A program made the position numbers and the translations under genes. 64,000 bases of DNA from Gammaproteobacteria bacterium (GTDB lineage Bacteria; Pseudomonadota; Gammaproteobacteria; GCA-002705445; GCA-002716945), in contig JABIVC010000009.1 of assembly GCA_018667355.1 (NCBI GenBank), positions 18,665 through 82,664 of the forward strand. The letters are read 5' to 3'. Shown piece by piece: positions 9,548 to 17,338 of the stretch. Below the pieces are notes generated by a model. The model searched no databases, was not told the origin of the DNA, and was given only the letters and a program-made list of their open reading frames with translations. How positions within the stretch are numbered: position 1 is the stretch's first letter; each line of letters begins with the position of its first letter.

Positions 9548-9674
9548 TAAAAATATAAAAGTAGCCAAAGAAATTAAGAAAAAAAACAAGAATAAGAAAA
9601 CAATTTTTGATAAATATGGCGATAAGATAGAAGATGGTATTGATTATAAAAAAGATAAACCACCTCATTGGTAA
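9534..9674 (+). CDS. Putative 46-aa Lys-rich small protein, below the ORF-track cutoff
   Basis: Hand translation gives MKKIIKNIKVAKEIKKKNKNKKTIFDKYGDKIEDGIDYKKDKPPHW*. It fills most of the alkA to sigma-1.1 gap; no SD. Confidence 0.45.
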   Translation: MKKIIKNIKVAKEIKKKNKNKKTIFDKYGDKIEDGIDYKKDKPPHW

Positions 9675-9709
9675 TGCCGCTATATAATCTTAGTTTGATG
9701 GACAATATT

Positions 9710-9994
9710 ATGAATAATCAGGAAGAGCTAAAGACATTAATTCGCCAAGGCAAAGAGATTGGTTATATTCTTAACGAAACTCTAGATAAATGTCTTTTAA
9801 GCTTCTCAGCAATTGATAGGAAATATATTATTGAGACATTGGAAGAAATGGAAATACAGATTGTTGACTCTCCAAAAGAATATGATGAGTATAAATACTT
9901 ATCTGGTGAAGAAGCTATAAAGATTTTACAAAGTTTGAGTGATGGGACTCATGAAGCATTTATCAAGCCTCCTAACAAAGACAAAGATGAGTAA
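9710..9994 (+). CDS. Stand-alone RNA polymerase sigma70 region 1.1 domain protein
   Basis: QEELKTLIRQGKEIGYI and IIETLEEMEIQIVDS align with E. coli RpoD QSQLKLLVTRGKEQGYL and IIQMINDMGIQVMEE. No sigma regions 1.2-4 follow. Likely start is ATG 9710. Confidence 0.8.
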   Translation: MNNQEELKTLIRQGKEIGYILNETLDKCLLSFSAIDRKYIIETLEEMEIQIVDSPKEYDEYKYLSGEEAIKILQSLSDGTHEAFIKPPNKDKDE

Positions 9995-10038
9995 TTTAAA
10001 AAACTTATGAAACATGTTAACATACGAAAAAACTTATT

Positions 10039-10350
10039 ATGTTTAAGAAATATTATAATTTAATTGTTCTGTTAATATGCACTGGAGCATTTCCGGTTCA
10101 AGTCGTGTCATCGAGTAATACAGCATTCACTGATCCTGCTATATGCTACTTCCATGATGCTGACTCCAATGATGATAGACAAATTATCAAATGTGATCAT
10201 TGTGATTACTACTATGATATTGATTCTAATCAAAATTCTAAATATATTTTCCCGATTAATGAAGATATCTTGGTCGATAACCTTACACTCAAAAAAAATT
10301 TTTTAAGTTACATACTTTCTCTTAACCCTAGATCCCCTCCATTAGTTTAA
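10039..10350 (+). CDS. DUF2946-like (CruR/CutF-like) leader protein with CxxC and a C-terminal RSPP
   Basis: N-terminal hydrophobic segment, C36-x-x-H39, C52-D-H-C55 and terminal NPRSPPLV*; lies 46 nt upstream of a copper-type TonB receptor. Confidence 0.75.
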   Translation: MFKKYYNLIVLLICTGAFPVQVVSSSNTAFTDPAICYFHDADSNDDRQIIKCDHCDYYYDIDSNQNSKYIFPINEDILVDNLTLKKNFLSYILSLNPRSPPLV

Positions 10351-10396
10351 TTTTATTATCATTAATTAATTTAACTAATATATAGCGGAGGATGCT

Positions 10397-12466
10397 ATGA
10401 AAAATATTTATATTTTCTGTCTAATGACATTAATTATTTCGACAAATATATATGCTGAAGATCTTACTGATATTCAGATAACTGCACCTGAACTTAGTTC
10501 ACAAGATTTAACTAACCAAGCTATTGAGGATATCAATACTAAAAATGCCATTGATGGCGGTGATCTTTTAAGATCTATTAACGGTATAAGTACAATCAGA
10601 AGAGGAGGGCATGGCTTAGATCCTGTTGTAAGAGGACAAAGTGATCAACGTCTTAATTCATTTTTGGATGGCGCTGTAGTTTATGGTGCTTGCTCATCTA
10701 AAATGGACCCTGCCTCTACATATGTGAATATAGAAAACTATGACTCAATAAGTGTCATTAAAGGTTCACAGTCAGTATTATATGGTCCGGGCGGACCGGG
10801 TGGAGTAGTAAGGTATGAAAGAATTACTGAACCTCTAACTCAATATACAAAAGATAGCAACACTAAGTCACAGCCATATAAGCTTAAAATAGGTCAGACA
10901 TTTGACTCTAATGCGGAAGCTAAAACTACAATTGGTGATTTTACATTAGGTTTAGGTCAAGCATATTTTAGAGTTAATGCTTCTTATTCTGAGGCCGGGA
11001 ATTATGAAACAGGTACAGGCTTGAAACCACTTACAGAATATGAAACTAGTAATTATTCAACCATATTAGGAAAAAGACTTGATGATGGTTCTAAATTAGA
11101 ATTTTCATATACTGATAACTCTCAAGAAAATATTGGCTTTGCTGGTTTAGCAATGGATATCGTATACAGTTATACAGATATTTATAATTTAAAATACCAT
11201 CGAGTTACACCGCTTGGCCCTTTTTCTTCAATGAAAGTTGAACTTTTTAATTCTGACATGGATCATTTAATGGATAACTATAAAATGAGAAATGTTAATA
11301 CTATGAGAACACCAGCTGCTTCTGATACATATGGTGGAAGAATCATAGGAGCTACAGATAGGGGGATGAAAATTGGTGTTGATTATGAACATAATACTAG
11401 AGATGCCGAGCAAAATATGGTTATTTCTGGAACAGAAAGACATCTTGCATACCTGTGGCCTGGAGCAGAAATTTCTAAGCTGGGTTTCTTTATAGAAAAA
11501 GATAATAAAATGTCAGATCTAACTACAATGTCATATGGTTTAAGATTTGATAGGGTAGAGACAGATGCAACTAGGGCTGCTGTTGATCCTGGTACTGCAC
11601 ATATGGCTCAAGTAACAGCCAATAGTTTGTATACAGCTCATTATGCTGGAACTGTCACAGCAGGTAAAAGAGATTTTAACAATTTTAGTGGGTTCTTGAG
11701 ATTTAAAAAAGATTATGGCCCAATGTCTAGTGCTTATATCTCTCTAAGCAGGAATGAAAGAACGCCTGATGCAACAGAGCTATTCAATGCTAAAACTTCT
11801 ATGGCAATGGGTGGAAAATATAGACTCAGACATATTGGTAATCCAAATATCAATTCTGAGGTACACACTACATTAGAGTTAGGTTTTGAAAATATGATTA
11901 TGGGTAGTCATGTCAATGGATCTTTATATCTTAATGATGTTAGTGATTATATTACAACATACAGAGCTTCTGATGGAACATATGATAATACCGTTAACGA
12001 TGCAAGAATTTATAAGAATGTAGATGCTACTATTTGGGGGTATGAACTTACTGTTAAAAAAGATCTTACCTCTAATGTAAAAACCATATTTAATATAAAT
12101 TATACTCATGGAGATGACGATACACAAAATAGACCATTAGCTCAAATAATGCCTTTATCTGGTGATATTTCATTAGAATATCAGACAAGTTCCGTCAACT
12201 ATGGTTTAAGAGCTAATTTTGCCGATACTCAAGACCGTTTTGATTCAAGAGTCCTTGATAGCGGTAGAACTGGGGGTTATACCGTTTATGATCTATATGC
12301 AGGTTTTGAACCAACTCCAAATATTAGATTTACAATGGGTATAAGTAATTTAACTGATAAAAGATATGCTACTCATTTGAATAGTTCTAACTCTCTAGAT
12401 GCAACAGCTGACCGTGTTGATGAACCAGGAAGAAGTTTCTGGGGATCATTAATTTATGATTTCTAG
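10397..12466 (+). CDS. oprC: TonB-dependent copper receptor (OprC-like)
   Basis: Signal peptide, RRGGHGLDPVVRG, CxxxM (GACSSKMDP), HxM (DHLMDNY), EPGRSFW and terminal Phe. Confidence 0.85.
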   Translation: MKNIYIFCLMTLIISTNIYAEDLTDIQITAPELSSQDLTNQAIEDINTKNAIDGGDLLRSINGISTIRRGGHGLDPVVRGQSDQRLNSFLDGAVVYGACSSKMDPASTYVNIENYDSISVIKGSQSVLYGPGGPGGVVRYERITEPLTQYTKDSNTKSQPYKLKIGQTFDSNAEAKTTIGDFTLGLGQAYFRVNASYSEAGNYETGTGLKPLTEYETSNYSTILGKRLDDGSKLEFSYTDNSQENIGFAGLAMDIVYSYTDIYNLKYHRVTPLGPFSSMKVELFNSDMDHLMDNYKMRNVNTMRTPAASDTYGGRIIGATDRGMKIGVDYEHNTRDAEQNMVISGTERHLAYLWPGAEISKLGFFIEKDNKMSDLTTMSYGLRFDRVETDATRAAVDPGTAHMAQVTANSLYTAHYAGTVTAGKRDFNNFSGFLRFKKDYGPMSSAYISLSRNERTPDATELFNAKTSMAMGGKYRLRHIGNPNINSEVHTTLELGFENMIMGSHVNGSLYLNDVSDYITTYRASDGTYDNTVNDARIYKNVDATIWGYELTVKKDLTSNVKTIFNINYTHGDDDTQNRPLAQIMPLSGDISLEYQTSSVNYGLRANFADTQDRFDSRVLDSGRTGGYTVYDLYAGFEPTPNIRFTMGISNLTDKRYATHLNSSNSLDATADRVDEPGRSFWGSLIYDF

Positions 12467-12476
12467 TTGACATATT

Positions 12477-12521
12477 ACCCGTCCCTACAGCACTCCATTA
12501 AAGGGGCGGGTGATTTATTTT
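12477..12521 (+). terminator. Probable intrinsic terminator after the TonB receptor
   Basis: 10-bp GC-rich stem ACCCGTCCCT/AGGGGCGGGT with one G-U pair and a 15-nt loop, then GATTTATTTT. Confidence 0.55.
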
Positions 12522-12656
12522 CCTAAGATTAGAAATTTTTTCATTTATTTATTTGAACACTATAATGACTCAAAATATTTGAATATTAACTATCTCTAAC
12601 TTGTTTTCAATAATATATGTATATAAAATAATTTATTACTTATTAGGAGTATAGGG

Positions 12657-13655
12657 ATGGATCCATTATCACAAGGTGTTGTTGGCGTAGTTGCTGCTCA
12701 GCAAACTGCAGATCGCAAACATCTCTTAATTGCTAGTCTTTTAGGATTCTTTGCAGGGATGTCTGCTGATTTAGATATATTCATTAAGTCTTCTCAAGAC
12801 CCATTATTCTCGTTAGAGTTTCATAGGCAATTTACGCATTCAATATTTTTTATGCCATTTGGCGGATTAATATGTGCATTATTTTTTTATAATCTCTTTT
12901 TAAAAAATAAAGATATATCATTTAAACAAACTTATATTTACTCAACACTGGGTTATGCTACTCATGGCCTACTTGATGCATGTACAACTTATGGCACTCA
13001 GTTATTTTGGCCATTCACCAATGATAGGATTGCCTGGAATACAATTTCTATTATTGATCCATTATTTACTTTACCTATCCTTTTCTTAGTTGTATTTTCA
13101 GTTTATAAAAATAGCAAAAAATATTCATATATTGCTTTGTCATGGATAATAATATATACATCTTTAGGTTTTATTCAAAATTACAGGGCTGAAGAGATAG
13201 GGAGAGAGCTTGCAGAATCACGTGGGCATAAAATAATAAATATTGAAGCAAAACCAAGTTTTGCAAATATAATTGTTTGGAAGACTATATATACAACTCA
13301 AACACATTATCATATAGATGCAGCTAGAGTAGGATTTAATACTAGAATAATAGAAGGAGTGAAGATAGAAAAATTTAACATAAAAAAATCATTCCCCTGG
13401 CTCGACTTAGAATCTCAACAAGCGAAAGACATAGAAAGGTTTAGATGGTTTTCAAATGGATATATTGCTACTTCTAGTATTAATCCAAATCAAATAATTG
13501 ATATTCGTTATTCAATGTTGCCGAATGAAGGACATGGTTTATGGGGTATACAACTAAATCCAGAAGCAGAAAAAGATGCTTATATAAAAAGAATTTCTAA
13601 TAGACGTAGTGATATGTCCACATATATTAAATTATGGAAGATGATAGTAGACTAA
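12657..13655 (+). CDS. Membrane-bound metal-dependent hydrolase (YdjM/DUF457-like)
   Basis: MDPLSQ, DLD, HRQFTHS, HGLLDACT and IIDP motifs with hydrophobic segments. Confidence 0.85.
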   Translation: MDPLSQGVVGVVAAQQTADRKHLLIASLLGFFAGMSADLDIFIKSSQDPLFSLEFHRQFTHSIFFMPFGGLICALFFYNLFLKNKDISFKQTYIYSTLGYATHGLLDACTTYGTQLFWPFTNDRIAWNTISIIDPLFTLPILFLVVFSVYKNSKKYSYIALSWIIIYTSLGFIQNYRAEEIGRELAESRGHKIINIEAKPSFANIIVWKTIYTTQTHYHIDAARVGFNTRIIEGVKIEKFNIKKSFPWLDLESQQAKDIERFRWFSNGYIATSSINPNQIIDIRYSMLPNEGHGLWGIQLNPEAEKDAYIKRISNRRSDMSTYIKLWKMIVD

Positions 13656-13781
13656 TATATCTATGATTTAATTATCTCCTATGGAGAAACTGAATTAATT
13701 ACTTCAGGATTCAACTTTATAATGTTATACCTATTGATATAAATCATTTAAATCATATAGTTAAGATGATAGATTGCATAT

Positions 13782-14471
13782 ATGCGTTATAAAATTTTAT
13801 TTCTTTTAACCATCTGCTGTTTTAACCCATCCTATTTATATTCTGGTGGTAAGACTACTGCGGAATCAGTTAATTCAAAAAACATTCAATATACTATTGG
13901 TTATATGTCAGAGTATTGGATAAGAGGGTCTTTTCAAGCTGCTTCTGTTCTACATGCCAATGTTTCTTATACTACTGGCCCAGTTTATTTGAGTGCTGGT
14001 TATGCAGATTTAAGAGATAGAAAGGGCGGAGCATCTTATAATGAAGGAGAGGCATTCGTAAGTCTATATGGAAGTTATAATTTTAAATTATATGAAATAC
14101 CATCATACATAGGACTTGCAGCATATAGATATACCGATGGAATTGATCAGCATTATAATGAGGTCAGTATTGGTGCTGATCTAAGTCTATTTTCTGTTGA
14201 TGCTGTTATTCTAGGTGATTATGATACGTCTCCAAGCTCAGATTATTGGCATTTTCAGGTCACAGTACCCTTGGGTCCAGTCAATTATACTTATGGTACA
14301 TATTCTGGTGCATGGCAATATGTTGTTCATGAAGTATCAACAGGGTTTGATATCAATGATATAAATTTTGGTGTAAAACTAGGCATGAATAATGACAATG
14401 CGATGGGTACATCTGCCAATTCAAATCAGGATACAACATACGGTGTACTCTCTATTAGCTATAGCTTTTAG
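13782..14471 (+). CDS. Putative outer-membrane beta-barrel, TorF/Gcw_chp-like porin
   Basis: Signal peptide, SEYWIRG resembling the SDY-x-FRG TorF motif, alternating aromatic strands and terminal ISYSF. Confidence 0.6.
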   Translation: MRYKILFLLTICCFNPSYLYSGGKTTAESVNSKNIQYTIGYMSEYWIRGSFQAASVLHANVSYTTGPVYLSAGYADLRDRKGGASYNEGEAFVSLYGSYNFKLYEIPSYIGLAAYRYTDGIDQHYNEVSIGADLSLFSVDAVILGDYDTSPSSDYWHFQVTVPLGPVNYTYGTYSGAWQYVVHEVSTGFDINDINFGVKLGMNNDNAMGTSANSNQDTTYGVLSISYSF

Positions 14472-14478
14472 AGATAGT

Positions 14479-14598
14479 ATGATTGAAAAGTATAAATCAA
14501 TTAAAACTTTGGCTTTAGAAACAATTAAATTAATATTAATAGGAATATCCATGATTTCTTTTGCCATTTATATATTATTTAATATATTTTATGATTGA
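14479..14598 (+). CDS. Possible 39-aa single-pass membrane peptide
   Basis: MIEKYKSIKTLALETIKLILIGISMISFAIYILFNIFYD*, starting 7 nt after the porin stop; could be a chance ORF in AT-rich DNA. Confidence 0.3.
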   Translation: MIEKYKSIKTLALETIKLILIGISMISFAIYILFNIFYD

Positions 14599-14741
14599 AA
14601 AATTTATTAAGACTGAGTGTGGTTTATCTGAGTATAAAAGATTAAAAATACTCTCTGAAGATAGAGTACTTTTTAAAATCAGACTATACGTTTTCGTTAT
14701 AATAGCGATTATGAGAGATTTATTTAAATAGTTAGATAGAT

Positions 14742-15323
14742 CTAATTATTTTTTTTCTGCATCTTCTTAAACTTTTCTATAGCTGCTTTTCTTTTTATAT
14801 CACCATTTTTATCAAGCATGCTGCTAATATCTGAATTATTATCTACCACTGATTTGAGGTTAGAACATACAAGACCTATTTCAAATGGAGATAGAGATTT
14901 CATGTTCAAGACTAAATAATAATTTAGACCATGCTCCCAATGCTTTAGAAATCCATTTTCTATATATTTTATTTCAACATCATATTTTTCGGCTATAATC
15001 TTAAATGCATTTCTTTTAGTCTTTTCATCAAATATTTCTGTCCATACATTATTGATTACCATTGACATGACAAGATTATCAGTCACTCTTACATCTTTAG
15101 TTAATCCAAAAGCTTTATCTAAAGATCTAGATTTATTTCTAAGCATAATAGATGCATTGTTACACCATTCACTTAATTCTTCTGGAATAAGTTTAGGGAC
15201 AGCATTATAAACATGCATAATTTCAAAAAGTTCTATAATATCCTCGTTTCTTATTTGAGTACGAGATAATATTTTTTTAATTCGTAGTTCATGTAATTGC
15301 CATGAAATATTTTCTGTTGTCAT
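14742..15323 (-). CDS. Hypothetical protein, possibly a mobile-element-derived DNA-binding protein
   Basis: 193-aa ORF with no competing long ORF. The SLDKAFGL and AFKIIAEKYDV segments are reminiscent of phage/island HTH proteins. Confidence 0.6.
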   Translation of the reverse strand: MTTENISWQLHELRIKKILSRTQIRNEDIIELFEIMHVYNAVPKLIPEELSEWCNNASIMLRNKSRSLDKAFGLTKDVRVTDNLVMSMVINNVWTEIFDEKTKRNAFKIIAEKYDVEIKYIENGFLKHWEHGLNYYLVLNMKSLSPFEIGLVCSNLKSVVDNNSDISSMLDKNGDIKRKAAIEKFKKMQKKNN

Positions 15324-15437
15324 TATTACTCTCTTATTTATGGGTTAACTTTACCATCAGATACTCATTAAATACTACATATTTATCGCTAGTTATGTTA
15401 ATTTTAGGTTATAGAAATAAAGAGGGGAGTGAAGATA

Positions 15438-16076
15438 ATGAGAAATATACTTTTATTTTTGACGCTAGGGTTTACTTCGATTGCATTCGCAGGTGGCCAT
15501 GGTAAAGGTCTGCCGAATGATTCAACTCATGGATCACATGGCAAATATAGTTTAACTTATGAAATTCTAGATAATGATTATGATAGCGGTGTGAACACGA
15601 TAGTAGGAGCAACCATAGATGAAGATGATAATGGCTATGGTATAGTCTTGGGTTATGACCTGGGAAATAATCTTACGCTAGAAGCAGCATATAGAGATTT
15701 TGGCCAAGCTTCATTAAGCGGAGCATCTGGAAATACTTTCAAATATGGAGGCGTTTCTTACACATTTGATGCAACAGCTGTTGTTTCGGTTGAGGCAGAT
15801 ACTCTAGCATTAGGTCTGAAAAAATCGTTTAATCTTGGGGACAATCTTTCTGTTTTTGCTAGAGCAGGTATTCATCGCTATGAATCTACTCTTGGAGTAA
15901 CAGCGGCGACAGCATCTGCTGACACTAGCAACAAGGACGAAGAAATTTATTATGGAGTAGGAGCATCATATTCAATGGGTAATATACATCTTAATATAGC
16001 TCATGATACTTATGACATTGATTATGGAGATATAGATGCTACAGGTATATCTTTAAGTTATAACTTAGCTTTTTAA
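15438..16076 (+). CDS. Small outer-membrane beta-barrel protein (OmpA transmembrane-domain-like)
   Basis: Signal MRNILLFLTLGFTSIAFA, LGYD-x-x-x-x-LTLEAAYRDFG, YYGVGASY and terminal SYNLAF; GGGGAG SD upstream. Confidence 0.8.
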   Translation: MRNILLFLTLGFTSIAFAGGHGKGLPNDSTHGSHGKYSLTYEILDNDYDSGVNTIVGATIDEDDNGYGIVLGYDLGNNLTLEAAYRDFGQASLSGASGNTFKYGGVSYTFDATAVVSVEADTLALGLKKSFNLGDNLSVFARAGIHRYESTLGVTAATASADTSNKDEEIYYGVGASYSMGNIHLNIAHDTYDIDYGDIDATGISLSYNLAF

Positions 16077-16097
16077 ATAGTTAAGATTTATTAATAT

Positions 16098-16120
16098 ATG
16101 GCCTAGATTTTCTGGGCCAT
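16098..16120. terminator. Hairpin between the convergent OMP gene and ssrA, possibly a bidirectional terminator
   Basis: ATGGCCTAGA-ttt-TCTGGGCCAT, a 10-bp stem with one G-U pair; no clear U tract. Confidence 0.4.
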
Positions 16121-16150
16121 GTTCATGAGGTAGGTATCAATTTTACTTCA

Positions 16151-16495
16151 GTGGAGACGGCGGGAATCGAACCCGCGTCCGAGAGCACTCAGCCCTTAGT
16201 ACTACATGTTTAGTTTATCTTTAATTTAATCATTAAGCTGACGATAAACAATCTACTTAATAACTGTCTTGTTTAATTTAACAGTACAATAACAAGCACA
16301 TGTACTGCGGTCTTATCATTATGACTTCAGTAAAGAGCATATAAGCCTACTCTTAGTGAAGCTAGCGGCAGTTAGGCTGCTAGGGCTAAAGGTTTATTTT
16401 CAGCGTTTATAGTTTATCAGCAGTTTAACGAGTTACCGAAAAGCTCGACATGCACTTCAGGAATTGCAACCCCACGTCGAAGCCAGGTCGTCCCC
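16151..16495 (-). ncRNA. ssrA: tmRNA, one-piece; predicted tag (A)AENKPLALAA
   Basis: The minus strand starts GGGGACG and ends with GGGTTCGATTCCC T-arm and CGTCTCC-A, with a G3-U70 pair. Tag ORF GCT GAA AAT AAA CCT TTA GCC CTA GCA GCC TAA lies at 16404-16372 after ATAAAC. CCA is not fully encoded. Confidence 0.96.
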
Positions 16496-16560
16496 TAAAA
16501 TTAGCTTTATATCCTATATCTTATAATACACTCACGCAATCACTATTGACCATATTTAAT

Positions 16561-17226
16561 TTATTTTTTTAAATAAGTTTTAAAATAATATCTGGATACT
16601 ATTGGTAGGATTCCAAGCACTGTGAGTAAAAGTATTGTCTGTAAATCAATATTTACCCCTGTTGTAAAAGCCTCTCCAAGTTTACTGCCTATAATAATAA
16701 TTATAATCGTCCCAGGCAGCATACCAATTTGTGAAACGATATAATAAAGCCAAGACTTTATTGTCGTAAGACCCACAAGGGAATTAACTATAAAATATGG
16801 AAAAATCATACACATTCTCAGTGCAAACAAGTAAGATCCTCCATTTTTTATAAATCCCTTATTAATTTGTAAATAATGCTCACTATATTTCTTCCTAAGA
16901 TAATCTCTAAGTAAATATCGTGATAACCAAAATGAGAGAAGCCCTCCTATAGATGACGCGAAAGACACTAAAATTATTGCATCAATAACATTAAATATCA
17001 TCCCAGCAAGCAAACCCATGAGTCCTGCAACTGGTAATGATAATGAGGTAAAGAGAATATAAAACAGGAAATAGTATAATTTAGATAGTTGTGGCGATTG
17101 AGTTATAAAAATTTTGATATTTTCTAAGTTAGCATTGAAGATATCAGCTATATTACTTTCCATATTCATCACAAAGATGGAAGAAATGACGATTATTAAG
17201 AACAATATAAATTTAAATTTATTCAT
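16561..17226 (-). CDS. TVP38/TMEM64 (DedA/VTT-domain) membrane protein
   Basis: SLSLP, SSIGG, YLFALR-x-x-x-x-FPYFIVN and SQIGMLPGT motifs. Confidence 0.88.
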   Translation of the reverse strand: MNKFKFILFLIIVISSIFVMNMESNIADIFNANLENIKIFITQSPQLSKLYYFLFYILFTSLSLPVAGLMGLLAGMIFNVIDAIILVSFASSIGGLLSFWLSRYLLRDYLRKKYSEHYLQINKGFIKNGGSYLFALRMCMIFPYFIVNSLVGLTTIKSWLYYIVSQIGMLPGTIIIIIIGSKLGEAFTTGVNIDLQTILLLTVLGILPIVSRYYFKTYLKK

Positions 17227-17338
17227 AATTATCTAATACTACTATGTACAGTCTACTTTGTATTATGCCATCAATATATTTTATTATAACTAAGCAATAC
17301 CAATACTCCTAAAACTGTATTAAAATATAGGCTCTATT

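Noticed and set aside
9710-9994. Interpretation of the sigma-1.1 ORF as an rpoD pseudogene
   Set aside because: No sigma region 1.2, 2 or 4 remnants are visible downstream in any frame, the ORF ends cleanly, and the dnaG-rpoD context is absent.
13661-13750. GGAGA...CTGAA...ACTTCAGG with small hairpins upstream of the TorF-like gene, resembling a glycine riboswitch
   Set aside because: P2 and the CCGAAG/CUCUCAGG core geometry are missing and the element is too short. An Rfam scan would be needed to reconsider it.
16119-16137. ATGTTCATGAGGTAGGTAT, a 14/19 match to the rfaH palindrome
   Set aside because: The right half-site is destroyed and the position lies between convergent 3' ends, not at a promoter.
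13699-16151. TTACTTCAG present at 13699-13707 and at 16143-16151 next to the ssrA 3' end, as a possible att duplication
   Set aside because: It is only 9 bp, almost entirely outside the tmRNA sequence, and there is no integrase; this is compatible with chance.
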